Positions 1 through 9,837 are shown, counted from the stretch's first letter. The stretch is DNA of 64,000 nt from an uncultured Eubacteriales bacterium (GCA_900316415.1 ONCV01000002.1:107211-171210); one strand, 5' to 3'. A program made the numbers and translations. The notes: generated by a model from the letters alone, not told the origin.

Positions 1-195
1 GATTACCTCCGGGGCGTCATCGAGGCTGATGCGGTCCCGCACGTCGGCGGCATCCCCGAGCAGCGGCTCGACCTCGCCCACCGGTCCGCCCAGCACCACC
101 TGCAGCTCCGGATCCTTCCGCAGGGCCTCCAGCGTTCCCTCCACAATCGCCTGGGGCGCGTTGTCGCCCCCCATGGCGTCAACGTAGATTTTCAT
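1..195 (-). CDS. plsX: Phosphate acyltransferase PlsX, N-terminal part (runs off left edge)
   Basis: Manual translation from ATG at 195: MKIYVDAMGGDNAPQAIVEGTLEAL..., the PlsX N-terminal DAMGGD motif; GAAGGGAG RBS upstream. Not in the ORF track. Confidence 0.9.
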   Translation of the reverse strand, partial: MKIYVDAMGGDNAPQAIVEGTLEALRKDPELQVVLGGPVGEVEPLLGDAADVRDRISLDDAPEVI

Positions 196-220
196 GGTCC
201 TTCTCCCTTCTTCCGCCGCG

Positions 221-1666
221 TCAATAGGCCTTGGCGAAATACATCACCCGATGGGCCTTCTTCCCGCAGCAGACGCAGGTGTCCCCGAAGGCCTGCTTCT
301 CCTGATCGAAGGGCATGTTCCGGGAGGAGGCGTTGAACTTCTCCTTGATCTCATCCTCGCAGGCCTGCTCCCCGCACCACATGGCCCGGGCAAAGCCGGT
401 CTGCACCGCCGCCTCCAGCTCCTCCATGTTCCGGACGTCGACGGTATGCTCATCCCGGAAAGCCTTCGCCTGCTCATACATGGTTTTCTGGATCGAATCC
501 AGCAGCTCCGTCAGCTTTTCGCTCAGACCCTCCAGCGGCAGGGTGAACTTCTCCAGCGTATCCCGGCGGAACACCGTCACCACGCCGTTTTCCAGATCCC
601 GGGGCCCGACTTCCAGCCGGACGGGCACGCCCTTCAGCTCCCAGTCGTTGAACTTGAACCCGGGCGAAACGGTGTCCCGGTCGTCCAGCTTCACCCGGAA
701 GCCGGCGTTCTTCAGCTCCTGATACAGCTTTTCGCAGGCTTCCGTCACGCCGGCCCGGTGCGCCGCGATGGGCAGGATCACCGCCTGAATCGGCGCGATT
801 TTCGGCGGCAGCCGCAGGCCCCGCTCATCCCCGTGGGTCATGATGATGGCGCCGATGAGCCGGGTGCTGACGCCCCAGGAGGTCTCGTGGACGTATTCCA
901 GCTTGCCCTCCTTGCTCTGATACTGAATGTTGTACGCCTCGGCGAAATTGGTGCCGAAATTATGGCTGGTGCCGGCCTGCAGGGCTTTTCCGTCCTGCAT
1001 CATGGCCTCCATGGAGTAGGTGGCCCGGGCGCCGGCGAACTTCTCCTTGTCGCTCTTCCGGCCCACGTACACGGGCAGCGCCAGAACGTCCTCCGCCACC
1101 TCGCGGTAGACCTCCAGCATCCGCAGCGTCTCCTCCTCCGCCTCCTCGGCGGTGGCATGGATGGTATGTCCCTCCTGCCAGAGGAACTCACTGGTCCGCA
1201 GGAAGGGCCGGGTGGCCTTCTCCCACCGCATGACCGAGCACCACTGATTGTACATCATGGGCAGGTCGCGCCAGGTCTGCACCCATTTGGAATACATCGT
1301 GCAGAAGATGGTTTCGCTGGTCGGCCGGACCGCCAGCCGCTCCTGCAGCTTTTCCGTACCGCCCTGCGTGACCCAGGCCACCTCCGGCGCGAAGCCTTCC
1401 ACGTGCTCCGCCTCCTTCATCAGCAGGCTCTCCGGAATCAGCATGGGGAAATAGACGTTCTGGGCGCCGGTTTCCTTGAAGCGGGCATCCATCTCCTGCT
1501 GAATCCGCTCCCAGATCGCGTATCCGTAGGGTCGGATAATCATGCAGCCCCGGACCGGCGCGTAGTCGCACAGTTCCGTCTGCTTGATCACGTCCGTATA
1601 CCACTGGGAAAAGTCTTCATTCCGGGGCGTGATGTGGGTTACAAATTCCTGCTTGTCCTTCGCCAT
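221..1666 (-). CDS. proS: Proline--tRNA ligase (archaeal/eukaryote-like type)
   Basis: 481 aa; FSQWYTDVI, LAVRPTSET, YNQWCSVMRWE, FLRTSEFLWQEGHT, QAGTSH motifs; GGAGG RBS. Confidence 0.97.
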   Translation of the reverse strand: MAKDKQEFVTHITPRNEDFSQWYTDVIKQTELCDYAPVRGCMIIRPYGYAIWERIQQEMDARFKETGAQNVYFPMLIPESLLMKEAEHVEGFAPEVAWVTQGGTEKLQERLAVRPTSETIFCTMYSKWVQTWRDLPMMYNQWCSVMRWEKATRPFLRTSEFLWQEGHTIHATAEEAEEETLRMLEVYREVAEDVLALPVYVGRKSDKEKFAGARATYSMEAMMQDGKALQAGTSHNFGTNFAEAYNIQYQSKEGKLEYVHETSWGVSTRLIGAIIMTHGDERGLRLPPKIAPIQAVILPIAAHRAGVTEACEKLYQELKNAGFRVKLDDRDTVSPGFKFNDWELKGVPVRLEVGPRDLENGVVTVFRRDTLEKFTLPLEGLSEKLTELLDSIQKTMYEQAKAFRDEHTVDVRNMEELEAAVQTGFARAMWCGEQACEDEIKEKFNASSRNMPFDQEKQAFGDTCVCCGKKAHRVMYFAKAY

Positions 1667-1724
1667 CTGTGTTTCTCTCCTCCGCTTGCTTTCTGCTGCG
1701 CGGCGCTTCCGCCGCTTCCGTGAT

Positions 1725-2909
1725 TTATCTGGGCAGGCTCAGGGAATAGACCGTTTCCCCCGATGCCACCAGCGCCCGCCCGTCGGACGTCACCCCAAAG
1801 AAGGCGGTGATCTCCGTGTTCTCCGGCACCGGCATCCCGCTGACGAAGAACTGCTGGCTGTTGACATCCGCCCGGTACAGATACCGGGAACCGAACGCGT
1901 AGATATTTCCCCGCCAGATGCTGGCTCCGACGCAGTCGGTCGGCACCGTGTAACGCTTGTCCGAGCTGCCCTCCAGCACCCGCAGTTCCCGGATGGCCTG
2001 CACCCCGCTGGTCTGGCTGGTCCGGGCCATCAGCATCTTCGCCGCGCCGCGCTCGGGAATGTCGTAATCGATCAGCTTCCATCCATAGACCAGCATGGTG
2101 GCGTTGGTGTCCTGCACGCACTTGTAGTCGTAGGTGTAGCACTGCTGGGTATTGAAAACCCGGAGCCGGGCATTCTCGTAGACCACCTTGTAGGTCAGCG
2201 CCTCGCCCAGGCTCACCTCGCCGGTGTTCATCTTGCCCACCTGGAAGGTGTTCAGGATGGTGTTCGGCGCCGTGCCGAACACATCCAGGCTCAGCGTCCA
2301 GAGATATTCCCCCTGCTCCCCGAAGAAGCCGGTATCCAGGATCATCAGCCCGGAATAGGCCTCCTGCTCCACGTCGATCTGGGCGCCCTGCAGGTCCTTG
2401 ATGATCAGCTTTGGCTCCGTATCGGCGCCAACCACGACCGAGCAGTATCTTTCGCCCACGCGGACGAACTGCACCGTGCCTTCCAAGCTCTCATTGTAGG
2501 TGGCGTTTCCGTTCTGATCCACCAGGTACATCCGCATGCCGCTCCAGATCGCCACATGCTTCGGTCCGGCGCAGAAGGAGGCTTCCTCCCCCGCGGGGAA
2601 GGACCATCGGATCGTTCCCGTGGAGGACAGGCAGTGCAGGCTGGCGCCGTCGTAATAGAGCACGCCGTCCCGGAAGGGCGTGACGTTCTGATTGGCGAAG
2701 CAGGGAAGCTTCGCCGATCCTCCCTCGCCCCGGGGCCGCCCCCGGAGGAAGTGGAACCCCAGGAGAACCGCCAGGATCAGCGCGACCAGAATGATCCAGC
2801 TGCGGATCTGGCGGGACCGCCTCTGATCCTCCGTATACTTCTGTTCCGCCGCGTTCCGGCTGCGGGATCGGAGCAGCTGATCGCCATGTCTGTTTTTTGT
2901 TCGCGGCAT
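1725..2909 (-). CDS. Membrane-anchored beta-rich protein (possible DUF5711/beta-propeller family)
   Basis: 394 aa; basic N-terminus, one TM segment (WIILVALILAVLLGF), then repeated beta-strand-like segments; family call tentative. Confidence 0.55.
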   Translation of the reverse strand: MPRTKNRHGDQLLRSRSRNAAEQKYTEDQRRSRQIRSWIILVALILAVLLGFHFLRGRPRGEGGSAKLPCFANQNVTPFRDGVLYYDGASLHCLSSTGTIRWSFPAGEEASFCAGPKHVAIWSGMRMYLVDQNGNATYNESLEGTVQFVRVGERYCSVVVGADTEPKLIIKDLQGAQIDVEQEAYSGLMILDTGFFGEQGEYLWTLSLDVFGTAPNTILNTFQVGKMNTGEVSLGEALTYKVVYENARLRVFNTQQCYTYDYKCVQDTNATMLVYGWKLIDYDIPERGAAKMLMARTSQTSGVQAIRELRVLEGSSDKRYTVPTDCVGASIWRGNIYAFGSRYLYRADVNSQQFFVSGMPVPENTEITAFFGVTSDGRALVASGETVYSLSLPR

Positions 2910-2912
2910 GCC

Positions 2913-3752
2913 TTATCCGATCCTCCGGGCAGGGCAGTGCTCCACCGCGGCCAGCGCCCCGTCCATCCAATCCTCGTTGAACAGCTCAATCACGCCGGTA
3001 TCGCATTCCCGGGCCAGGGCCGGATCCATGGGGATCTGGGCCAGCAGGGGAATGGAATGCTGCTGCGCGATCTTTGCCGCCTGGCTCTCCCCAAAGGGAT
3101 AGAGCTTCCTTCCGCAGTCCGGGCAGGCGATCCAGCTCATGTTTTCCACCAGGCCCAGAACCGGGATGTTCATCATCTTCGCCATGTTCAGGGCCTTTTC
3201 CACGATCATGCCCACCAGTTCCTGGGGGCTGGTGACGATCAGGATGCCGTCCACCGGCAGGCTCTGGAACACGGTCAGCGGCACATCCCCGGTTCCCGGA
3301 GGCATATCCACGAACATGTAGTCCACCTCGCCCCAGACCACATCCGTCCAGAACTGCTTCACCGTTCCGCTGATCAGGCTGCCCCGCCAGACCACCGGAT
3401 CCGTGTCGTTTTCCAGCAGCAGATTGACACTCATCATTTTGATGCCCGTCCGGCTGACCGCGGGCAGGATTCCTTCATCGCTGCCCATGGCGGGGTCCCG
3501 CACACCGAACATTTTCGGGATGCTGGGTCCGGTAATGTCCCCGTCCAGAATCGCCGTGCGGAAGCCGTTCCGCTGGGCCAGCACCGCCATCAGGCCGGTC
3601 ACGAGGCTTTTTCCGACGCCCCCCTTGCCGCTGACCACAGCGATCACCTTTTTGATCCTGCTGTGGGCATTGGCCGGCTCCAGCAGGCTCTCCGTCTTCC
3701 GGCTGGCGCAGTCCACGCCGCAGGAGGAGCAGTCATGAGTACATTCCGACAT
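2913..3752 (-). CDS. Mrp/NBP35 family ATPase (Fe-S cluster carrier, ApbC-like)
   Basis: N-terminal CTHDCSSC, SGKGGVGKS Walker A, VDMPPGTGD, VENMS..CPDC. Confidence 0.93.
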   Translation of the reverse strand: MSECTHDCSSCGVDCASRKTESLLEPANAHSRIKKVIAVVSGKGGVGKSLVTGLMAVLAQRNGFRTAILDGDITGPSIPKMFGVRDPAMGSDEGILPAVSRTGIKMMSVNLLLENDTDPVVWRGSLISGTVKQFWTDVVWGEVDYMFVDMPPGTGDVPLTVFQSLPVDGILIVTSPQELVGMIVEKALNMAKMMNIPVLGLVENMSWIACPDCGRKLYPFGESQAAKIAQQHSIPLLAQIPMDPALARECDTGVIELFNEDWMDGALAAVEHCPARRIG

Positions 3753-3777
3753 TCCTGTTCACCTCTTCCACCAAATC

Positions 3778-5862
3778 TCAGTATCCAAAGAGCAGCACCA
3801 GCGTCCGTTCCCCGGCGACGCCATCCGCCGCCAGGCCGTTCTTCCGCTGGAAGGCCTTCACGGCCTCCACCGTCGCGTCGTCGTAGACGCCGGTGATGGA
3901 ATCCAGATAGCCGTCTGCCACGAGGCAGTCCTGAATCTCCACAACCAGCTCGCCCCGATCTCCCGGCCGGGCGGTCTGGTAATCCACGGACGCCGCCGTC
4001 GCGGGGATCGCGTCCGCGGAATAAAGCCGCGCCAGCGTGGCGCTGCCGGCCACCCCATCCACCGGAGTAAGCTTGTTCTGAATCTGGAACGCGCGCACCG
4101 CGTCCGCGGTGGTGGTTCCGTAGGTTCCGTCCAGCTTGCCGTCATAATAGCCCAGCTCGTACAGCGTATACTGCAGGTTCCGGACCGCGCTTCCTTCCTC
4201 CCCCTCCCGCAGGGCGGAATAGGAGATGGCTGCGCTGTCGCCGTACAGGGCCCGCTGGGTCGCCGGTCCGGCTTTCCCGTCCACGGTCAGGTTGTTCCGC
4301 AGCTGGAAGGCCATGACCGCCGCCGCGGTGCCTTCCCCGAAGCTTCCGTCCACCGAGCCGTTGTAGTAGCCCAGCTTCTTCAGCCGTTCCTGCAGCCTGC
4401 GCACCGCGTTGCCGGAGGTTCCCTCCTCCAGGGTCACATACCCCGTGGAGGCAATGTCCGACATGTTCACGCCGCTGTCCGCCGAGCGCTGCACCTGGGC
4501 GGAGGTATCCACCGGGGAACCTCCGTTCTTGATCGCGTCGTCCCCGTACAGCCGGTTCAGGGTCGCGGTGCCCGCCTTTCCGTCCGGAGTCAGGCCGTTG
4601 CGCTGCTGGAAGGCGAGCACCGCCGCCTCCGTCGCGATCCCGAAGGATCCGTCCACCGCGCCAGTCAGATAGCCCAGCTCCTTCAGCCGCTTCTGCAGCG
4701 TGCGCACCGCGTCGCCCTCGCTGCCCTTTTCCAGGGTTTCCCCGGTGCTGGCCGCGACGGTGGTCGCCCGGGCCGCGGAATCGGAATACAGGGCCCGGAG
4801 GGTATCCGGACCGGCGACGCCGTCCTCCCAGAGCCCCTTGGTTTTCTTCTGGAAGGCGCGAACCGCCGCCTCCGTGGCCGCGTCATAGGTGCCGGTCGCC
4901 CGGCCGCCCAGCCATCCCAGCTGGATCAGCCGGTTCTGCAGGGTCCGCACCTTCTGCCCGCTGGCGCCCAGCTGCAGGTAATAATCCTTGCTCAGGTTCG
5001 GCGTGGCCGTCGGCCGGGGCGTCGCGGTCGTCTTCGGCGTGGGCCGCGGGGTCGCGGTCGCCTTCGCCGTGGCCTTGGGCGTCGCCGTGGCGCTGGCCTG
5101 CTTTTTGGTCACGGCGGAGCTGGAGTTCAGCTTCTCCAGGGTCTTCTGGCCCGCCTTCCCGTCCGCGGTCAGCCCGTTGGCCTTCTGGAAGGCCTTCACG
5201 GCCGCCTCCGTGGCCGGACCGAAATCCCCGTCCGCGGATCCGTTATACCATCCCAGCTCCTTCAGCCGCCGCTGCAGCTGCTTCACCTCGTTCGAGTCCG
5301 TGAAGCCCCGCTGCAGGCTCTTCGGGGTCGGGGTCGGGGTCGCGGGCGGCGCGGTCACCACCTGAATGGTGGGCTTCGGCGTCGCCGTTCCCCCGCCGGA
5401 TCCGTCCGTAGCGCCGGTCTGGCCGGCCGGCGGCGTCCGGGTTTCCAGCGTCACGGTGCCCGTCTGAGCCGTCACGGCCGGCGCGGTCTGCGCGGGAGCG
5501 GCGCTTCCCTCCGGAACGGGCGAATCCGTCGCCCCGGACACCGTTCCCCACTCGCTCCATCCGCCGTTTCCGGAGGAGGAAGCGGTCGGCGTCGGCGTCG
5601 GCGCACTCGCTTCCGGAGCGGACCTGGTCGTCGCAATGACGCCGCCGTTCTGCGTGTTGAAAAGATTCTGGGTCTCCACCACCACGGTATCCGGCGTCAC
5701 CGCGACGGTCGCGGTGGGCGCCAGGGTCTGGAACATCAGGTTGCCGTTTCCGGTGGGATAGCCGGAATCGCTGATGTCATCCGGCGCGATATAGCATCCG
5801 GAAAGGAACAGACAGAGTCCGAGCAGCGCCAGCAGCGCCGCGATTTTCATCGTTCTTTTCAT
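3778..5862 (-). CDS. Lipoprotein with six peptidoglycan-binding (PG_binding_1) repeats
   Basis: Lipobox LFLSGC; Thr/Pro-rich linkers; six repeats of the form L..G..G..V..LQ..L..LGY..G..DG.FG..T..AV..FQ..NGL..DG.AG..T. Confidence 0.88.
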   Translation of the reverse strand: MKRTMKIAALLALLGLCLFLSGCYIAPDDISDSGYPTGNGNLMFQTLAPTATVAVTPDTVVVETQNLFNTQNGGVIATTRSAPEASAPTPTPTASSSGNGGWSEWGTVSGATDSPVPEGSAAPAQTAPAVTAQTGTVTLETRTPPAGQTGATDGSGGGTATPKPTIQVVTAPPATPTPTPKSLQRGFTDSNEVKQLQRRLKELGWYNGSADGDFGPATEAAVKAFQKANGLTADGKAGQKTLEKLNSSSAVTKKQASATATPKATAKATATPRPTPKTTATPRPTATPNLSKDYYLQLGASGQKVRTLQNRLIQLGWLGGRATGTYDAATEAAVRAFQKKTKGLWEDGVAGPDTLRALYSDSAARATTVAASTGETLEKGSEGDAVRTLQKRLKELGYLTGAVDGSFGIATEAAVLAFQQRNGLTPDGKAGTATLNRLYGDDAIKNGGSPVDTSAQVQRSADSGVNMSDIASTGYVTLEEGTSGNAVRRLQERLKKLGYYNGSVDGSFGEGTAAAVMAFQLRNNLTVDGKAGPATQRALYGDSAAISYSALREGEEGSAVRNLQYTLYELGYYDGKLDGTYGTTTADAVRAFQIQNKLTPVDGVAGSATLARLYSADAIPATAASVDYQTARPGDRGELVVEIQDCLVADGYLDSITGVYDDATVEAVKAFQRKNGLAADGVAGERTLVLLFGY

Positions 5863-5931
5863 CCGGGTTTCCGTCTCCTCCCTTCCCCTGCTCTTCTCCT
5901 CCGGCCCGCCCCCGGCGGGGCGGCTGCGCTG

Positions 5932-6474
5932 TCAGCCGCCGTCCGCGGGAAACAGCTCCTCAAAAGTGTTGTAATGATCCTCCGTATACCAGACCCGGCC
6001 CTCCGTGGAATAGATGATCCGGGTGGCGTTTCGCCTTCCCTTCGTATACCAGCAGTCCGCCTCGCGGTAGGAGATTCCCTTTCCCGTGGGCAGCTTTCCC
6101 TCAAAGTTCCCGAAATGATCCCCGCCGATGCTCTTCCCCGGGGCCACGTCGCTGACATAATTGTCCCTGCTGTCCCATCCCAGCGCCCGGGCCTCCAGCT
6201 TGGTGATGAAGTTCTCCGGCAGGGTCATGTCATGGGCGAACAGATAGTCCGCGATGCTCCGGGGATCGATGATCGGTCCGTCCGGAACCGGCGTCGGCGT
6301 CGGAGCATGCGCGGCCGCCGCCTCGGTCACCGCCGGGGAAGCCGTCGGATGGGAACGGTTCTTCTTTTTCGAACGGGCGGAAAGCCCTCCGTCCGCCCCC
6401 AGGGCGAAGCTCTCCGCCAGCACCAGCAGCAGCGCCAGGCCCAGGGCCAGAATCCGTTTTGCAAGCCGTTTCAT
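5932..6474 (-). CDS. Exported barnase/binase-like ribonuclease (N1/T1 family)
   Basis: Signal/anchor MKRLAKRILALGLALLLVL; domain tracks barnase: ADYL..LPENFITK.EA.ALGW..DVAPGKSIGGD.F.N.EGKLP..YREAD..RN..RI.YS..DHY. Start set at ATG 6474, 1 nt after the rlmH stop. Confidence 0.9.
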   Translation of the reverse strand: MKRLAKRILALGLALLLVLAESFALGADGGLSARSKKKNRSHPTASPAVTEAAAAHAPTPTPVPDGPIIDPRSIADYLFAHDMTLPENFITKLEARALGWDSRDNYVSDVAPGKSIGGDHFGNFEGKLPTGKGISYREADCWYTKGRRNATRIIYSTEGRVWYTEDHYNTFEELFPADGG

Positions 6475-6475
6475 C

Positions 6476-6955
6476 TTATTTGTGATACCTCTCTCCGGCA
6501 TTGATCTTCTCCGCCCGGTACAGCTGTTCCAGCAGCATCACCTTTGCCAGCTGATGGGGAAAGGTCATGCGGCTCATGCTCATCTCCGCGTCCGCACGGG
6601 CCAGCACATTGTCCCCCAGCCCCAGGCTGCCGCCGATCAGAAAGACCAGCCGCCCGGTTCCCCGAAGCTTCGCCTCCCGGATTTCTCCGGCCAGTTCCTC
6701 GCTGGATCGCTGCTTTCCGGGAATCGTCATCGCGATGACCCGGTCCCCGGGCTTCAGCCGCTGCAGCATATTTTCCCCTTCCCGGGTCCGGATCTGCCGC
6801 TCCTCCGCCGGGGAAGCGCCGTCCCGCTCCGGCAGATCCGGCAGTTCGATCTCTTCCACCCGGACGAACCGGCTCAGCCGCTTCAGGTATTCATCCGCCA
6901 TCTGCCGGAAGGGCTTCTCTCTCAGCTTTCCCACGGAGATGACCGCGATATTCAT
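6476..6955 (-). CDS. rlmH: 23S rRNA (pseudouridine1915-N3)-methyltransferase RlmH
   Basis: 159 aa from MNIAVISVGKL; FLIGGSLGL, SRMTFPHQL, EQLYRA..I..G..YHK. Confidence 0.95.
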   Translation of the reverse strand: MNIAVISVGKLREKPFRQMADEYLKRLSRFVRVEEIELPDLPERDGASPAEERQIRTREGENMLQRLKPGDRVIAMTIPGKQRSSEELAGEIREAKLRGTGRLVFLIGGSLGLGDNVLARADAEMSMSRMTFPHQLAKVMLLEQLYRAEKINAGERYHK

Positions 6956-7057
6956 CCCGAACCGCTCCCGAAGCTCCAACGCCTTCATCGGCGCCTGTTT
7001 TCGGCAAGGGACGTCTTTCGCCCCCGCCGCGGGGATTTCTCCGCCGTACCCTTCAGT

Positions 7058-7798
7058 TTATGCCTTCCCGCCTTCTTTGTCAAGGAACGCGTACAGGCCG
7101 ATTCCCGCGGCGATGGCCAGGTTCAGGGAATCCACCAGATCATTGCTGGGGATCCGGACCGGCTGACCCACCTTCGAAAATTCCGGAGGCAGCCCCCTGC
7201 CCTCGTTTCCGAAGATCAGGGTCCGGCGGCGGGGAACCCCCTTCTCCAGCGCCTCGCCCAGGGGGACGGAAGCATCCAGCATGAAGGGATAGTACATCCG
7301 GTCGCCCATCTCCTCCCGGTACGCCTCAAAGGAATCATACACCCGGACCCGCAGCCGGAAGAGGCTGCCCATGCTGGCCCGGACCGTCCGGGGATCGAAG
7401 AGATCCACACAGGGGCGCACCAGCGCCACGTCCCGGACCCCCAGGCCCAGGGCGGTGCGCAGGATCGTTCCCACGTTGCCGCTGTCCCCGGGCTGGTGCA
7501 GCAGCACCTGCGGTTCGTCCGGGTCCAGCCGGTCCGAGAATTTTCCGAAGACCGCGGCCGCGTAGCAGTTTTCCTTTCCGCTGATCCGTGCCAGGGCGCG
7601 ATCCGCCTCCTCCACCCGGACGCCGATTTCCCGGGCCCGGGCCGTCAGCTTTTCGATTCCTTCCCGTCCCACGGCCCCGGAATGCAAAAGCACCCGCCGG
7701 ACGCAGTCCGGCCGGGCGAGAAGGCATTCCATGCTGGGAAAGATCCCGGGAGCGTAGCTGTAATCCAGATCTGTTCTGTATCCACTCAGGGATGGCAT
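7058..7798 (-). CDS. TrmH/SpoU family RNA methyltransferase
   Basis: PGDSGNVGTILRT, LIFGNEGRGL, VRIP..DSLNLAIAAGI SPOUT motifs; start trimmed to MPSLSGY. Confidence 0.9.
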   Translation of the reverse strand: MPSLSGYRTDLDYSYAPGIFPSMECLLARPDCVRRVLLHSGAVGREGIEKLTARAREIGVRVEEADRALARISGKENCYAAAVFGKFSDRLDPDEPQVLLHQPGDSGNVGTILRTALGLGVRDVALVRPCVDLFDPRTVRASMGSLFRLRVRVYDSFEAYREEMGDRMYYPFMLDASVPLGEALEKGVPRRRTLIFGNEGRGLPPEFSKVGQPVRIPSNDLVDSLNLAIAAGIGLYAFLDKEGGKA

Positions 7799-7945
7799 CC
7801 TGTTCTCCCGCGCCGGCACGGCTCCGGCTCCTCTTTTCCCGCCGGCGCGCCGCGTAATTGCGCCGGCGGGGACGCAGCGCGGAGCGATGTCCCCGCGCTG
7901 CCGGTTTTTTGCTCCATTCCCGGAATCAGCTCCGGAGGAGCTGCC

Positions 7946-9772
7946 CTACAGGCATCCCGTGGACCGGAGCCAGCCCAGGGCATAACTGATGTTCAGCTGG
8001 GCCGCAGCCGCCAGCAGCAGCCAGGTGACCAGCTTTCCCGCCCGGAGATCCACCCGGTCCCGCAGAGCCTTCGGCGCCGTCACGGCCAGGGCCAGGGAAA
8101 TCCAGACCGGGATGAAATACCGGGCCTGCACGCCGGTAATTTCACCGCCCACCGGGGAGGAAACGATGAACTGGGTCGCGATCAAAATCAGCTCCGCGCC
8201 GAAGGCGATAGCCCCCAGGCCGATCCGCCGTCCCACCGTCAGCAGGTTCCGCTCGTCCTTCCGTCTCTCCCATACGCACAGAGGCGCGGCCACCAGCAGC
8301 AGCGCCAGATACAGCTGATTCCGATAGCCGTCATTTCCCAGATACGCCCAATGGGAAATGCCCCAGTTCATCAGGAAGTCCTGCGTTTTCCACATATCCC
8401 GGAAGGGCTTGATCGCTTCCGTTTCCGGATGGGCCAGAATATTGGCGATCTGGCCGGAGGCATCTGCGCCGGCAAAGCGCTCATCCCCGCCCTTGATCTC
8501 ATCGTAGGCGCCGGGTACCGCCACGGCGGCCAGGCACCAGGCGGTCAGAAGAATCACCAGCCCCCGGAACAGCCAGGCCTGCTTTTTTCCGCCCAGCCGA
8601 TCCGCGGGAATCATCAGCAGCGCGAGCACCGCCAGGCTGTAGGCGGGCTTGGCCAGGGTTCCGAAGACCAGCAGTGCCGTCATTCCCATCAACCGCGGCG
8701 CGGAGGCCGTTTCCTCCCGGTCGATGGTTTCCAGCACCAGCGCCAGCCCCAGCAGAATGCTGCCGATCACCATCGTGTCATAGGTCAGGCAAGTCATCAG
8801 GAACAGGATCGTGGGCATGGTTCCCGCCACCAGGAAGGTCGCCTTGTACCGCGGCGCATGCTTCACCGCCAGCGACGCCATGACCGCGTAGGCCAGGCTG
8901 CTGGCCAGGGTACCCGCCCGGTAAATGATGTCCCCGTTCCGCGTAAACAGCCGGACCAGGGATTCCCCGAGGATGGAGGGCAGGTATCCCGGGAACCAGG
9001 TGACAAGGTGCGCCAGCCACCGGGTCACGGATCCCGCGGCCGTGGACATGTCCTTCACCATGCCCTCGTGAACCTCCTCATCCCATCCCATCCAGGGGCT
9101 TCCCAGGTAGAACACGGGCTTCCGGAGGCAGACCAGCAGGCCGACCGTGAGGATCAGGGCGAAAACGCCCAGGGCGAGCAGATTTCCGTCCCATTTCTTT
9201 CGCGCGTTCCCCTTTTTCGCTTTTCCGCCCCCGGGAATCAGCGCCAGCAGCAGCAGTCCCGCGGCGAAATAGAGCGCCACCGGATTGCGGCGGATCGTGG
9301 TCCCGCTCTCGGACAGCGTGGGCGTGAAGTTCCCTTCCTCATCCTCGTCACCCTTGACCTTGATGGTTCCGTCGCCCTCCGCCCAGAGGGTCAGCTCATA
9401 GGTCTTTCCGGCGGAAAAGGAGCCGGTCAGCGTGATCCCGTCGGCGTCGCCCATCTCGTCGATGGCCTGACTCACGGAAGCCGCTTCCGTTCCGTCCTCC
9501 TCCGTCAGCCGGGCGTGAACCGTCATGCCCGCGGCCTTCTTCTTTCCGGACAGCGTGAACCCCAGTTCTCCGGGGTGCTCCGTCTCCGGCTTCCAGGTCC
9601 AGGTCAGCTTTCCGTCCGTGGGAATCTCCTGTTTCTTCCGTCCGCCCTCGCCCAGAAAGGTCTGCTCCTCCACGCTGGGAAGAAACAGATACCCGGCGCA
9701 GAGCAGCAGCGCCAGCGCCAGGCAGACGATCCGTCCCGTCCATCCGTTTTTCATTCCGATCCCGTCCTTCAT
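7946..9772 (-). CDS. DUF2142-like polytopic membrane protein (putative GT-C glycosyltransferase) with N-terminal extracellular domain
   Basis: WDEEVH loop motif, TYDT, AKPAY, GVQARYFIP; start ambiguous (9772 or 9754) because the longer ORF overlaps a hairpin. Confidence 0.7.
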   Translation of the reverse strand: MKDGIGMKNGWTGRIVCLALALLLCAGYLFLPSVEEQTFLGEGGRKKQEIPTDGKLTWTWKPETEHPGELGFTLSGKKKAAGMTVHARLTEEDGTEAASVSQAIDEMGDADGITLTGSFSAGKTYELTLWAEGDGTIKVKGDEDEEGNFTPTLSESGTTIRRNPVALYFAAGLLLLALIPGGGKAKKGNARKKWDGNLLALGVFALILTVGLLVCLRKPVFYLGSPWMGWDEEVHEGMVKDMSTAAGSVTRWLAHLVTWFPGYLPSILGESLVRLFTRNGDIIYRAGTLASSLAYAVMASLAVKHAPRYKATFLVAGTMPTILFLMTCLTYDTMVIGSILLGLALVLETIDREETASAPRLMGMTALLVFGTLAKPAYSLAVLALLMIPADRLGGKKQAWLFRGLVILLTAWCLAAVAVPGAYDEIKGGDERFAGADASGQIANILAHPETEAIKPFRDMWKTQDFLMNWGISHWAYLGNDGYRNQLYLALLLVAAPLCVWERRKDERNLLTVGRRIGLGAIAFGAELILIATQFIVSSPVGGEITGVQARYFIPVWISLALAVTAPKALRDRVDLRAGKLVTWLLLAAAAQLNISYALGWLRSTGCL

Positions 9773-9804
9773 TCTCTTTTCCATCCCGTGCATCCATGGC
9801 CTGC

Positions 9805-9837
9805 AAAAGCCGCCCGCGGTCATCCCGGGCGGCTTTT
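9805..9837 (-). terminator. Rho-independent terminator-like hairpin after the radical SAM gene
   Basis: Perfect 12-bp inverted repeat AAAAGCCGCCCG-9nt-CGGGCGGCTTTT; T-tail only 4 nt, so possibly weak or bidirectional. Confidence 0.65.

Noticed and set aside
1667-1724. Possible T-box leader for proS
   Set aside because: The gap is only 58 bp and has no T-box consensus.
5000-5420. Repetitive DNA in the peptidoglycan-binding gene resembling a tandem array
   Set aside because: Imperfect codon-level repeats of Thr-Ala-Thr-Pro linkers; no constant repeat-spacer structure, so not CRISPR.
7838-7900. Two GC-rich hairpins upstream of the TrmH gene (11-bp IR 7838-7870; 8-bp IR 7875-7900)
   Set aside because: The U-tract orientation does not fit the minus-strand genes, no riboswitch consensus is recognisable, and such stems are common at this GC content.
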